Of a stretch of DNA of 64,000 nt, positions 1-8,976 are shown one piece after another. Made by a program: the position numbers and the translations under genes. Every line of letters begins with the position of its first letter. The first letter of the stretch is position 1. Source of the stretch: Chloroflexia bacterium (GTDB taxonomy: Bacteria; Chloroflexota; Chloroflexia; QHBQ01; JAICKM01); assembly GCA_038228295.1 (NCBI GenBank), contig JBBRPH010000004.1, positions 11,118 through 75,117 on the forward strand, in the 5' to 3' direction. The notes under the pieces were generated by a model. It was not told the DNA's origin and ran no database searches. It saw nothing but the letters and a program-made list of their open reading frames with translations.

Positions 1-42
1 TCCTAAATACAGCCCCACTACCGGCATAGGCGACCGCCGCGA

Positions 43-80
43 CCCAAAACGGCGGGGCCACCCCACTAGGCAGCCCCGCC
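43..80 (-). terminator. Rho-independent terminator after the SLH-protein gene
   Basis: 8-bp GC stem GGCGGGGC (51-58) / GCCCCGCC (73-80). On the minus strand the stem is followed by GTTTTGG (50-44). It lies 63 nt past the stop at 143. Confidence 0.6.
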
Positions 81-142
81 GTACTCACAAATCTCTAAAC
101 CTTCTGCTAAATCCTCGTTGCCGGGTACCCGACGACTGACGG

Positions 143-1450
143 TTAGCGATCCGGGTTCATCAGCAGACCGTTGGACAGGATCTTGGCGACCTGGGCGCGG
201 GTGGCCGGTGCGGTCGGGCGGTATGTGCCGTCACTATAGCCGCTCAGTACGCCGTTGTTCACTGCCGTCTCGACATAGCCGAAGGCCCAATCCCCCGTCG
301 CTACGTCGCTGAAGTGCGCGGCCGGCGGTGTGTGCAGCGCCCAGCCCCGACTGATCACGATCAGCTTGGCGAGTTGGGCGCGGGTGATCGCGGTCGTCGG
401 GCGGAAGGTGCCGTCGCTATAACCACTCAACGCGCCGTGTTGCACTGCTGTTTCGATATAGGGGAAGGCCCAATCGCCGGCCGGCACATCGCGGAAGGTC
501 GGCGTGGCCGGCGCCGGCCACGCCCAGCCCATGCCGACGACCAGCATTTTGGCGAATTGGGCGCGGGTTACCATGTTGCTGGGGCGGAAGGTGCCGTCTG
601 CGTAGCCACTGATCGCGCCTTTGCCGGTTAGGTGCTGCACAGGGTTATAGGCAAAGTCGGTGGAGGCCAGGTCGGCAAACTCATGGTGTTCTACTAGCAG
701 CACGACATAGGCGCTAGCGGTATGCGCGCCGTCGGTGCCCACGACGGTTACCGTGTCGAGTGCGCCGGTGATCGTGACTGGGGCACTCACGCTGACGGTT
801 AGATTTGCGCTGCTGCCGATCCCCACTGTTGCGCTCTGCGGGGCGACGGATACGATCCAGCCCAATTGGCTGGTCGCGCCGAAGGTGACGGTAGTCGCAC
901 TGCCGGTGTTGTTACGCAAGGTTAGGTTGAAGCTGCGCGTCTGACCGGCGTGAATATCCTCGAAGTGGATGCGCGGGTCCAACACTAGGTCGTGCGTGGG
1001 CAGCGGGATGGGCGTAGTGGTGCTGCCGGGAGTGCCGCTGCCGATGACTGTGTGCGTAGCTTCCGGGTGGTGGGTTTCGGTGGCCTCTGGGTGCGGCGTG
1101 CCGGTGTGTTCCGGGTGCGGGGTCTCGGTACCCTCCGGGTGATGGGTTTCGGTGGCTTCCGGGTGCGGGGTCTCGGTAGCTTCCGGGTGCGGGGTCTCGG
1201 TAGCTTCCGGGTGCGGGGTCTCGGTACCCTCCGGGTGGTGCGTTTCGGTGCTTGCAGGATGCTGGGTTTCACTGGCGGGTGGGGTGCTGGTAGCAGGGAT
1301 GGCCGTGCGGGTTTCGCTCTCGTGCTGCGGTCCATTAGCGCTGGCGGAGGCGTTTGGCGCAGCTAGGATAGTTAGTAGCGCCATTAGCGCGATCAGCGCC
1401 GCGCTGCCCATCAGCCACTTGTACAGCCCTGTTGCTTTGCGCGTCTTCAT
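143..1450 (-). CDS. Secreted S-layer-homology (SLH) domain surface protein with a His-rich repeat region
   Basis: N-terminal signal peptide (LMGSAALIALMALLTILAAPNASA). Three C-terminal SLH-like units (F.D......A...V......ISGY.DGTFRP....TRAQ.AK). Central TETPHPEA octapeptide repeats. Confidence 0.8.
   Translation of the reverse strand: MKTRKATGLYKWLMGSAALIALMALLTILAAPNASASANGPQHESETRTAIPATSTPPASETQHPASTETHHPEGTETPHPEATETPHPEATETPHPEATETHHPEGTETPHPEHTGTPHPEATETHHPEATHTVIGSGTPGSTTTPIPLPTHDLVLDPRIHFEDIHAGQTRSFNLTLRNNTGSATTVTFGATSQLGWIVSVAPQSATVGIGSSANLTVSVSAPVTITGALDTVTVVGTDGAHTASAYVVLLVEHHEFADLASTDFAYNPVQHLTGKGAISGYADGTFRPSNMVTRAQFAKMLVVGMGWAWPAPATPTFRDVPAGDWAFPYIETAVQHGALSGYSDGTFRPTTAITRAQLAKLIVISRGWALHTPPAAHFSDVATGDWAFGYVETAVNNGVLSGYSDGTYRPTAPATRAQVAKILSNGLLMNPDR
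1052..1270 (-). repeat. 24-nt-period coding repeat giving about 9 His/Pro/Glu/Thr octapeptides
   Basis: Protein residues about 61-133: ETQHPAST ETHHPEGT ETPHPEAT ETPHPEAT ETPHPEAT ETHHPEGT ETPHPEHT GTPHPEAT ETHHPEAT. Three alternative-frame ORFs in the track are shadows of this repeat. Confidence 0.85.
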
Positions 1451-1608
1451 GGGGTCTCTCCTCTGTAGTAACGTAATTGGATCGGGTTGTTATTGGGGGA
1501 CTAGTCCAATTGGCGCCTGTCGGTGCCGCTCACCAAGACCAACGCCCGGCTGACGCGGAAAGTAGCGGTTAGTTGCTGATCCACTAGTCCTATTTCGGGA
1601 TAGGACTC

Positions 1609-1637
1609 TTGGGCTATGGCGAGCACGATGGTATAAT
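1609..1637 (+). promoter_or_regulatory. Sigma-70-type promoter (TTGGGC, 17 nt spacer, TGgTATAAT)
   Basis: -35-like TTGGGC at 1609-1614, 17-nt spacer, extended -10 TGGTATAAT at 1629-1637. The first in-frame ATG is at 1645, only 8 nt after the -10, implying a leaderless or near-leaderless mRNA. Confidence 0.5.
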
Positions 1638-1644
1638 AGGCGGA

Positions 1645-3882
1645 ATGTTGACTCTTTTGCTTAAGCGCCACTGGCCGGTGCTGCCCATTCTGGCGCTCGC
1701 GTTGGCCTTGCGCCTGATTCCGCTGGCGGCCGTACAGATCAACGGCGGCAGCCCGTTGATCGGCGACGAAGGCAACTATGTGGAGGCGGCGCAGGGGTTA
1801 GCTGCCGGTGCAGGCATTCCCGATCACTGGATCTGGATTCGCCCGCCTGCCTACATCGCCGCGCTCGCCGTCGTCTTCCGCCTGAGCGATAACAGCCTCG
1901 TTGCCGCCCAACTCGCGCAAATCATCGTCTCCGTGCTGACAGTCGTGGCGACGTATTGGCTGGTCTATGTGGCCGTGGGCCATGAGTCAGTAGCTAACGC
2001 AGCACGCAGCACGCAGCACGCAGCACGCAAAACTCAACCCGTAGCGTTGGGCGCGGCGGCGATCCTGGCGGTGCAGCCGTCGCTGATTTTGGCGACCGGG
2101 CTGTTTCTGACCGAGACGCTATTTCTGCTGCTGGTGACGGCGCTGCTGGGCGCGTTGCTGGCCTACCGGCGGGCGACAACGGCGTGGTCGGCGGGCGGTT
2201 GGGCGGCGGCGGCGGGTGGGGTAGCGGGGCTGGCCTTGCTCACGCGCTCGAGTCTGTTGCCGGTGCTTGCCCTGGCGGTGATCCTGTTACTACGCCATCC
2301 GACCCTGGCTTGGCGGCGACAAGTGGCGGCGCTGGGGTTGTTCGCCGGGTGCTTAGTAGCCCTACTTACCCCCTGGACGCTACGGAATGCGGTCCACTAT
2401 GGACGCTTCCTACCCCTAGACACGGCGGGCGCATTTGCCCTATGGACCGGCAACACCGATCTGTCACTGGCCGAACTGCACCGCCAGTTCATCGCTGTGC
2501 CCAATTTGGCCGACCGCGGCGGCTATGCCTTGCGCGCTGCCGCGACCTGGGCTGTGACCCACCCGACCGAGTTCGTCAATCGCAGCTTGGGCCGGATCGT
2601 CGCCGGTCTGGCGCCCGATAACGTGACCGAGATCGGCTACGTCCTGCGCGACAAGCTGCCGGGTCGTCCTTGCAGCGAGCGTGACTGGTGGGGTGTGATC
2701 GCTTGGTGGGGTTGGGTTGGGCTGTTCGGTCTGGCCCTGGCCGGCTGGCTGCTCGCCCCGCACGACGCGCTCTGGTGGCTGACCGCCGGCGTGATCGCCG
2801 GCTATGTGCTGACCATCGCCGTAACTCCGCCGGAGTTCCGCTATCGCTACCAGTTGTTCAGCTTGCTGGCGATCTACGCGGCGCAGGGCCTGTGGTCCGT
2901 GATCCGTGGTCTGTGGTCCAGGCGGCCGGCCGCCGGCGATGTGGGATCACGAGTCAGGGCAGCGGCCGCCGAGGCGCGCCGTCTGCCGACCGCCGGCCCT
3001 AATCCGCCGCCCCGCTCACGTTTCACGTTTCACGCTTCACGTTTTACACCTACCCTGACCGTCGTCGGCGTGGCGGTCCTTTGGCTGATCGCCGTGTGGC
3101 CGACGTTTGGGCCGGGTTGGGCGCGCATGGGGGCGGCAGCGGCGGCGCAGGCGCGGGCAGATGCAGCGCGGGCAGCGGGTGATTGGAGTGCGGCGGCAGC
3201 GGCATACACGCAGGTAGCTACCCTCGATACCACTTGCGCCGCGGCCCGCCGCGATCTGGGTGGGGTCTTGCGCGCCGGGGGGCAACCCCCAGCGGCAGCG
3301 GATGCCTGGGGGGCGGCGTTGCGCGTGGAGCCGGGCGACTGGCAGACGCGCGCGCTGCTGGCGGCCTACTGGCGCGACACGGGCCAGTCGAAGCGATCCG
3401 CCGCGCTGACCCGTGAGGTGCCGCCGACATTTAACGGCGCGCTGCTGGATTGGGCCTGGGCGGGGCTGGGAGTGGCGGCTCCCGTCACCGCCACGCTGGG
3501 CTGGGCTGATGTCGGTTGGGTACGCGGCTTTCAGATCGGTGAAGATGCTGCGGATGGGCCGAGTTTCCGCTGGGCGGGACCGGGCACCGAATCGGCCGTG
3601 CGGCTGCACGCGGTCCCCGGCGGGCGACTCAGGCTGGTGATGCACAGCCTGCCGCCGCCCCTTCCCGCGCCGCCCACCCGCCCGGTCACAGTTGCCGTCG
3701 CCGGCCGAGGGGGGGTCACGTTAGCTGTGGCGCCCACTTGGACCCTCTACACCCTCGTGCTGCCCGCTGACTTACCGCGCGGCGATGTGGTAGTCACTTT
3801 CTACTCGCCCTCACAACAGGCGTCGGCGGACGATCCCCGCCGGCTGAGTTTTGCCTTGCAGCAGGCGTGGATCAGCCCCTAG
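1645..3882 (+). CDS. Polytopic membrane glycosyltransferase (GT39/ArnT/PMT_2-like) fused to a C-terminal TPR-like region
   Basis: Many TM helices; motif LIGDEGNYVEAAQGLAAG is typical of GT39/PMT_2 proteins. The C-terminal part has an extra TM helix and Ala-rich TPR-like repeats. The ORF track starts at TTG 1609, but ATG 1645 fits the promoter better. Confidence 0.6.
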   Translation: MLTLLLKRHWPVLPILALALALRLIPLAAVQINGGSPLIGDEGNYVEAAQGLAAGAGIPDHWIWIRPPAYIAALAVVFRLSDNSLVAAQLAQIIVSVLTVVATYWLVYVAVGHESVANAARSTQHAARKTQPVALGAAAILAVQPSLILATGLFLTETLFLLLVTALLGALLAYRRATTAWSAGGWAAAAGGVAGLALLTRSSLLPVLALAVILLLRHPTLAWRRQVAALGLFAGCLVALLTPWTLRNAVHYGRFLPLDTAGAFALWTGNTDLSLAELHRQFIAVPNLADRGGYALRAAATWAVTHPTEFVNRSLGRIVAGLAPDNVTEIGYVLRDKLPGRPCSERDWWGVIAWWGWVGLFGLALAGWLLAPHDALWWLTAGVIAGYVLTIAVTPPEFRYRYQLFSLLAIYAAQGLWSVIRGLWSRRPAAGDVGSRVRAAAAEARRLPTAGPNPPPRSRFTFHASRFTPTLTVVGVAVLWLIAVWPTFGPGWARMGAAAAAQARADAARAAGDWSAAAAAYTQVATLDTTCAAARRDLGGVLRAGGQPPAAADAWGAALRVEPGDWQTRALLAAYWRDTGQSKRSAALTREVPPTFNGALLDWAWAGLGVAAPVTATLGWADVGWVRGFQIGEDAADGPSFRWAGPGTESAVRLHAVPGGRLRLVMHSLPPPLPAPPTRPVTVAVAGRGGVTLAVAPTWTLYTLVLPADLPRGDVVVTFYSPSQQASADDPRRLSFALQQAWISP
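2001..2028. repeat. Heptamer tandem array (AGCACGC) x4 inside the GT39 ORF
   Basis: Four perfect 7-nt units at 2001-2007, 2008-2014, 2015-2021 and 2022-2028. Translated in frame as a loop (ANAARSTQHAARKTQ). Confidence 0.9.
3015..3049. repeat. Heptamer tandem array (TTCACGY-like) x5 inside the same ORF
   Basis: Units CTCACGT TTCACGT TTCACGC TTCACGT TTTACAC. Translated as RSRFTFHASRFTPT between the GT39 part and the TPR-like part. Confidence 0.85.
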
Positions 3883-3883
3883 G

Positions 3884-3900
3884 TTCTGCGTTCTGCGTTT
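3884..3900. repeat. Heptamer array (TTCTGCG) x2.5 immediately 3' of the stop at 3882
   Basis: TTCTGCG TTCTGCG TTT starts 2 nt after the TAG. Confidence 0.7.
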
Positions 3901-3955
3901 ACAATCATGTATTGCCCGTTGCACGTTGGCCGTTTCATGACAGGAGTGACACCTG

Positions 3956-4994
3956 ATGATCAAGCCCAAGAAGCTACAGCCGGGCGACAAGGTCGCTACC
4001 ATCAGCCTGTCGTGGGGCGGGGCAGGTACTTTCCCCCACCGCTATGCAGCAGGCAAGCGGCAGTTGCAGGAGACCTTCGACCTGGAGGTGGTGGAGACAC
4101 GTCATGCCTTGCACCCAGCCGACTGGCTGGATCGCCGGCCGCAGGCCCGCGCGGCCGATCTGATGGAAGCGTTTACCGACTCCAGCATTCAGGGCATCAT
4201 TTCAATTATCGGCGGCGACGACTCGATTCGCCTCTTGCCGTTTCTTGACTTGGACGTGATCCGTGCGAATCCCAAAGTGTTTCTCGGCTTTTCCGATACT
4301 ACGGTGACGCACCTGGCTTGCTTTAAGGCGGGCCTCGTCTCGTTTTACGGTCCGGCGATTCTGGCCGGCTTCGCGGAGAACGGCGGGCTGTTCCCCTATA
4401 TGGTAGATGCCGTGCGCCGCACGCTCTTCTCCGCCACGCCGCCCGGCGAGATTGCGCCCAACACCGCAGGCTGGACTGTCGAACGGAGCGATTGGGGTGT
4501 GCCGGCGGACCAAGCGCACCGGCGTGCGTTGCAGCCTACCGCCGGCCGGCGCTGGCTGCAAGGGCGTTGTGGCGGGCCGGCTGCTGGGCGGCTGCCTGGA
4601 TGTTTTGGAGTGGGTGCGCGGCACGTCGGTCTGGCCCAACCTTGCAGCGTGGCAAGGGGCAATCCTGTTCATCGAAACCAGCGAAGACGCACCCTCGCCC
4701 CAACCGGTTCAGCGGGCGCTGCGCGCCTATGGGAGCATGGGCATCCTGGCGCGCTTGGCGGGTATTATCGTCGGGCGGCCGGGCGGCGAAATCCCGGCGG
4801 CCCACTTTGCCGACTACGATGCGGCGATCCTGCGTGCTGTAGCCGACGAGCAGGGCTTGACTGATCTGCCCATTGTTAGCGGCATGGATTTCGGCCACAC
4901 TGATCCGATGATGGTCCTGCCCTATGGCGTGCAGGCCCAGCTAGATTGCACCGCGCAAACGTTCAGCATCCTGGAGAGCGGCGTGATTGAGTAA
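3956..4994 (+). pseudogene. LD-carboxypeptidase / MccF-like S66 peptidase, interrupted by a single frameshift near 4562-4566
   Basis: The N-terminal half (frame of 3956) has LQPGDKVATISLS and the nucleophile motif FLGFSDTT. The C-terminal half (frame of 4407) has GVVAGRLLGGCLDVL, IETSED and MDFGHTDP. Homology switches frame at RRWLQG | VVAGRLLGG. Removing one base around 4565 would give a continuous ORF of about 345 aa. Confidence 0.7.
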
Positions 4995-5044
4995 TCGTGC
5001 GCCGGGCTTGCACCCGTCAAAACTGACGACCGCCGACCGGCCAC

Positions 5045-7216
5045 CTAGCGTAGCCGGGGCGTGGACTGGGGGTTGGCCGCGAAGGGGGCTAGCGCTTGGG
5101 CCTGGGTGGCGAGGCGGCCGGCGAGTTGCCGGTCGGCGAGAGCGGGCGACGCTTGCAGGGCGGCAGCCAACGTGCCCAGGGCGTGCGGGTAGACCCATGT
5201 CACGGAGTAGGCGACCTCGTCCAGCGCCACCGGATCGGTGAGTAGCCCGCGCAGGTCGAAGCCGGGGTCGCGGATGGTGCGGTCGCTCGGATCGGGCGCG
5301 ATGCGATAGCCCAGGCCGTCGGGCACCAGGGCGGTGGCATGGCGGCTTAAGACGTTGCCTTCGGGTGTGGCGCGACCGGCGGCGGCAGTAGCAGGGTCGG
5401 GGATCGCCTGATCGGGGTAGACGATATAGCCCGGTCGCCCGCTATTGTCAAGCAGCCCATTGATCACGGCCAAATAGAGATCCGTCAACGCCTGGCCTTG
5501 CGTGAAGCCCGTGCTGTTGTCGGCCCAACGGCGGTCTAACGCCTTATAGGCCGCCCACGGTTGGACTTTCGCCGTCAGCGCAGGGTATCGGCCTTCCAGA
5601 TAGTTGACATAAAACGGATAGCGTAGCAGTGACGTGTCCACCATTGTCACGTCGGGCCGTAGGCCGCGTACCCACTGCCAATAATAAGCACCCGACACTA
5701 GATCCCAGTTATTGGTTATCACTAGCGCGTTAGGACGCAAGCCGGCGAAGGCGTTTTGCAGATAGCGTTCTTCCAGGTAGTCGGCGCGGTGGCCGGCCGC
5801 CTCCCAGTTGACGGCCAGTGCCAGCAGCGGCAGCACGGCACCCAGCGCCGGCAGTGCTGGACCGGGGCGCAGTGCCGGCAGGCGAGCGCGCAATGCGGCG
5901 CCGGCCCAACCTACGCCCAGTCCCACCCACCAGAGCGCCATCATGTAGGCGGGTACATAGTAGACGACCACCTCGCGGATCTGGTAGTTCAGCGTGAAGA
6001 TCGTGACGACGGCAGCGGTCAGCCCAGTTGCTGCCAACAGCACACGGTCGGTGCGCCATAAGCGGATCAGCCCCGCCACCAACGGAACCAGCAGCACTAG
6101 AGTCAATCCCCAGCCGAATTGATTGAGCGTAAACACCGCTGCATCGCCCAGATAGCTGCCCAGGTTGTTCGCATCGCGCCCGATATAGACCTGAAACTGC
6201 CAGCCGCTGACGTGCCGCCAGAAGTCACCCAGCGTGTTTGGCGATCCCCAATTCATCAGCGGCGCCATAGCGGAGCGCAGCGGCAAGTAGGCGTAGAGCA
6301 GCAACGGCCCCAACCCGGCGGCGAGCAGCGCAGGCGCATCACGTAGGATGCGGCGCAACGGCAGGCCGCCGCCGGGTTGGGGCGCCAGTAGCAGCACCGC
6401 CAGCCCCGGCAGCAGCAAATACGTTGTGCTGTGATTGGTTACGGCGAGGCCCGCGACCAGGGCCAGCGCGCGCAACGCCCAGCGCGATTGCGGGCTGCGG
6501 GTTGCGGGTTGCGGCTTGGGTGCCGCCGGCGCGGGCTTGGTAACGGTAGCGGATTGTGCGGCTTTGCCTTTGCGGGGTGTTGGAGTCACGCCGGCGGGGT
6601 GGGCTTTGCGTGACACGCCGACTCGTTGCGGCCCGGCTTCGGCGATCATGGCGCGGCGCGCGTATAGAGCTAAACCGAACAGGGCAGCCACGAACGCAAA
6701 ATGCAGCGTATACATCTTGGCCTGCGTGGCCCAGTTCCAGAAGGTTAGGCTGGTCGCCAGCAGCCCGGCAGCGGTTAGCGCGCCGGCTTGCGGAAGGTTG
6801 GCGGTTGGCGGTTTGCTTTCTGCGTTTGATACGGTACTATCATCCCCGGCTTGAGGTTCCGAATTTCCCCGGCGGCCCCCGGCAGCGCCCGCAGTGGACG
6901 GACGCGCCGGCCGGGCGGGATCGGGGCGATCCGTCGCCGCTACCAGCGCGTAGAACAGGCTGACCGCCAGCGTGCCGAACACCGCCGACAGCGCGTTCAT
7001 CCGCCACGCCGGGTCGCCCAGCGGTAGGTGGATGAACGCGCTGCTGATCAGCGTGTAGAGCGGATAGCCCGGCGGATGGGCGATGCCGGCGGTCCAGGCG
7101 ACCGTGGTCAGTTCACCGCTGTCGAGAAAGTTGACAGTCGGCGAGAGCGTTAAACCAAAGATCAGCAAGGCGAACGCGGCAGGCAGTAGGGCGGGGAGTA
7201 GCGGCAGGCGACGCAT
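5045..7216 (-). CDS. DUF2723-family polytopic membrane protein (putative glycosyltransferase)
   Basis: N-terminal motif NFLDSGELTTVAWTAGIAHPPGYPLYTLI is characteristic of DUF2723 (TMEM260-like). Multiple TM helices and a large C-terminal soluble domain. Confidence 0.7.
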   Translation of the reverse strand: MRRLPLLPALLPAAFALLIFGLTLSPTVNFLDSGELTTVAWTAGIAHPPGYPLYTLISSAFIHLPLGDPAWRMNALSAVFGTLAVSLFYALVAATDRPDPARPARPSTAGAAGGRRGNSEPQAGDDSTVSNAESKPPTANLPQAGALTAAGLLATSLTFWNWATQAKMYTLHFAFVAALFGLALYARRAMIAEAGPQRVGVSRKAHPAGVTPTPRKGKAAQSATVTKPAPAAPKPQPATRSPQSRWALRALALVAGLAVTNHSTTYLLLPGLAVLLLAPQPGGGLPLRRILRDAPALLAAGLGPLLLYAYLPLRSAMAPLMNWGSPNTLGDFWRHVSGWQFQVYIGRDANNLGSYLGDAAVFTLNQFGWGLTLVLLVPLVAGLIRLWRTDRVLLAATGLTAAVVTIFTLNYQIREVVVYYVPAYMMALWWVGLGVGWAGAALRARLPALRPGPALPALGAVLPLLALAVNWEAAGHRADYLEERYLQNAFAGLRPNALVITNNWDLVSGAYYWQWVRGLRPDVTMVDTSLLRYPFYVNYLEGRYPALTAKVQPWAAYKALDRRWADNSTGFTQGQALTDLYLAVINGLLDNSGRPGYIVYPDQAIPDPATAAAGRATPEGNVLSRHATALVPDGLGYRIAPDPSDRTIRDPGFDLRGLLTDPVALDEVAYSVTWVYPHALGTLAAALQASPALADRQLAGRLATQAQALAPFAANPQSTPRLR

Positions 7217-7226
7217 GGTGCGGGCG

Positions 7227-8054
7227 TTAGGCCACGATCTCCTCGCCGCCGTCTACGTGCAGCACATTGCCGGTGGCCCATTGCGACCCCGGCCCGGCCC
7301 ACATCACGATGAAGCGGGCGACATCCGCAGTGGTGGTCAGCCGCCCGCCGGGGTTGCGCCGCGTGGCCCCTTCGATGATGCGCTCATTGCCGGGAATGCG
7401 GCGCAGGGCCGGCGTATCGGTCACGCCCGCTAAGATCGCGTTGGCGGTGATGCCCTGGGGGGCCAGCTCCATCGCTAACTGGCGGATATGCGACTCCAGT
7501 GCCGCCTTGGCCGCCGACACCGCACCGTAGGTCGGGATGACCCGGCTGCCGCCGCCGCTGGTCATCGCCAGGATGCGGCTGCCGCGCCGCAATAGGTTGC
7601 GCGCCGCCAAGTCTTGCGTCCAATAGACTAGACTATGGGCCATCACATCCAGCGTCATGTCCACTTGCTTCTGGCTAATCAGCTTCTGATCGCCTGCGAG
7701 CGTGATAAACGGCTGCAACGTACCGAAGGCCAGTGAGTGCATCAGCACGCGAAAGCCGTCGCCGCCCAGCTTGCTCTCCATCGCGTCCAGTACTTCTTTG
7801 CGCTTCTCCGGGTCGGCCGCGTTGACGTTAAAGAACGCCGCCTGCCGCCCGGTAGCTTCGATACGCCGGCGGATTTCATCTACCCCGGCCATACGCGAGC
7901 GCATATCGAGATGCACGCCGCAGATATGAAAGCCGGCTTCGGCCAACGCCACGGCAGTCGCCCCGCCAAAGCCGCTGGATGCGCCCAAAATCAGCGCCCA
8001 GCGCGTGTCTTCCAACGCCGCCGGCTCCGCGAGATTTGCCAGTTCTTCATCCAT
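7227..8054 (-). CDS. SDR-superfamily oxidoreductase, enoyl-ACP-reductase-like (Y-x6-K)
   Basis: Rossmann motif LILGASSGFGGA. Catalytic pair YGAVSAAK has FabI/FabL-type Y-x6-K spacing rather than the classical YxxxK. Confidence 0.55.
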   Translation of the reverse strand: MDEELANLAEPAALEDTRWALILGASSGFGGATAVALAEAGFHICGVHLDMRSRMAGVDEIRRRIEATGRQAAFFNVNAADPEKRKEVLDAMESKLGGDGFRVLMHSLAFGTLQPFITLAGDQKLISQKQVDMTLDVMAHSLVYWTQDLAARNLLRRGSRILAMTSGGGSRVIPTYGAVSAAKAALESHIRQLAMELAPQGITANAILAGVTDTPALRRIPGNERIIEGATRRNPGGRLTTTADVARFIVMWAGPGSQWATGNVLHVDGGEEIVA

Positions 8055-8266
8055 AGGGAATACTCCTCCTCAATCCGGTCCTGTCAGATCGCCCGACCCT
8101 TGCGGCGGCCCCGCCATTATACCCGCGCCGCGTATCTGCTGCAAGCCGGCCCGTTTGGATTTGTATCTAACCTGCTCTGTGCTGTATAATAGCGGTAGTA
8201 AATAAACCGCAGGCGCGATCCGGCTGTAATTGCGGCCGGTCGGCAACCTGCTTACGTGAGGCTCGC

Positions 8267-8923
8267 ATGATGACTCCGAACCGTGAATATCCTACGGACG
8301 TACCGGCTACGGCCCGTTCCGCTACAGCCTGGGTGCCTTTCATCGTTGCCGGGGTAGCGGCACTACTGGTCTTGGGCTTGCTCACCAGCATCATGCTTAC
8401 CCCTGCCGCCGGCACGCGGAACAGTTCGTTACCGGCTGCGCCGGGTGCGGCAGCGGCCGCTGCCGCCGCAATACCGACGGCCCCCGCTTTCGGCTCGATC
8501 AAGATCGGCGCACCGGCCCCCGATTTCACCCTGACCCGGCCTGACGGTGGCAGCGTGACCTTGAGCAGCTATCGCGGCCAAAAGTACGTTTGGCTCAACT
8601 TCTGGACGACGTGGTGCCCGCATTGCAAGGTCGAAATGCCGCAAATGCAAGAACTTTACACCCAGTATCGTGATCAGGGACTGGAAATCATTGGGGTTGA
8701 TGATGCCGAGTCGCTGGGTCCGGTGCAAAACTTCATCAGCAAGGGTGGCTACAGTTGGCCGATGGCGATGGACTTAAACAGCGCCGTGTCGCACCAATAT
8801 CGTATTGCCGGCTTGCCCACCCATCTGTTCGTGGGCCGCGACGGCATCATCAAGTACATTGTCATCGGCGGCATTGAACGCCCGCAGATGGAACAGGCGG
8901 TCAAAGCGCTACTGGCGCAATAG
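8267..8923 (+). CDS. Membrane-anchored TlpA/ResA-like thiol:disulfide oxidoreductase
   Basis: One N-terminal TM helix and a thioredoxin fold with WCPHC active site. APDFTL...SYRGQKYVWLNFWTTWCPHC is typical of the TlpA family. Confidence 0.8.
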   Translation: MMTPNREYPTDVPATARSATAWVPFIVAGVAALLVLGLLTSIMLTPAAGTRNSSLPAAPGAAAAAAAAIPTAPAFGSIKIGAPAPDFTLTRPDGGSVTLSSYRGQKYVWLNFWTTWCPHCKVEMPQMQELYTQYRDQGLEIIGVDDAESLGPVQNFISKGGYSWPMAMDLNSAVSHQYRIAGLPTHLFVGRDGIIKYIVIGGIERPQMEQAVKALLAQ

Positions 8924-8976
8924 TTACACGAAAGGAGCGGCGCACGGTCCCCTGCCCGGCTTGCGCCAACACTGCC

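Noticed and set aside
985-1553. Three overlapping ORFs (985-1335 minus; 992-1366 and 1152-1553 plus) with repetitive Arg/Pro/Gly-rich products
   Set aside because: They are alternative-frame or antisense readings of the 24-nt His-rich coding repeat of the SLH protein gene. They have no start context and no independent signal.
1645-3882. Splitting the 757-aa ORF into a GT39 gene and a separate TPR gene at the 3015-3049 array
   Set aside because: There is no stop codon in frame and no RBS or start signal after the array, so it is kept as one CDS. The possibility is raised as a finding only.
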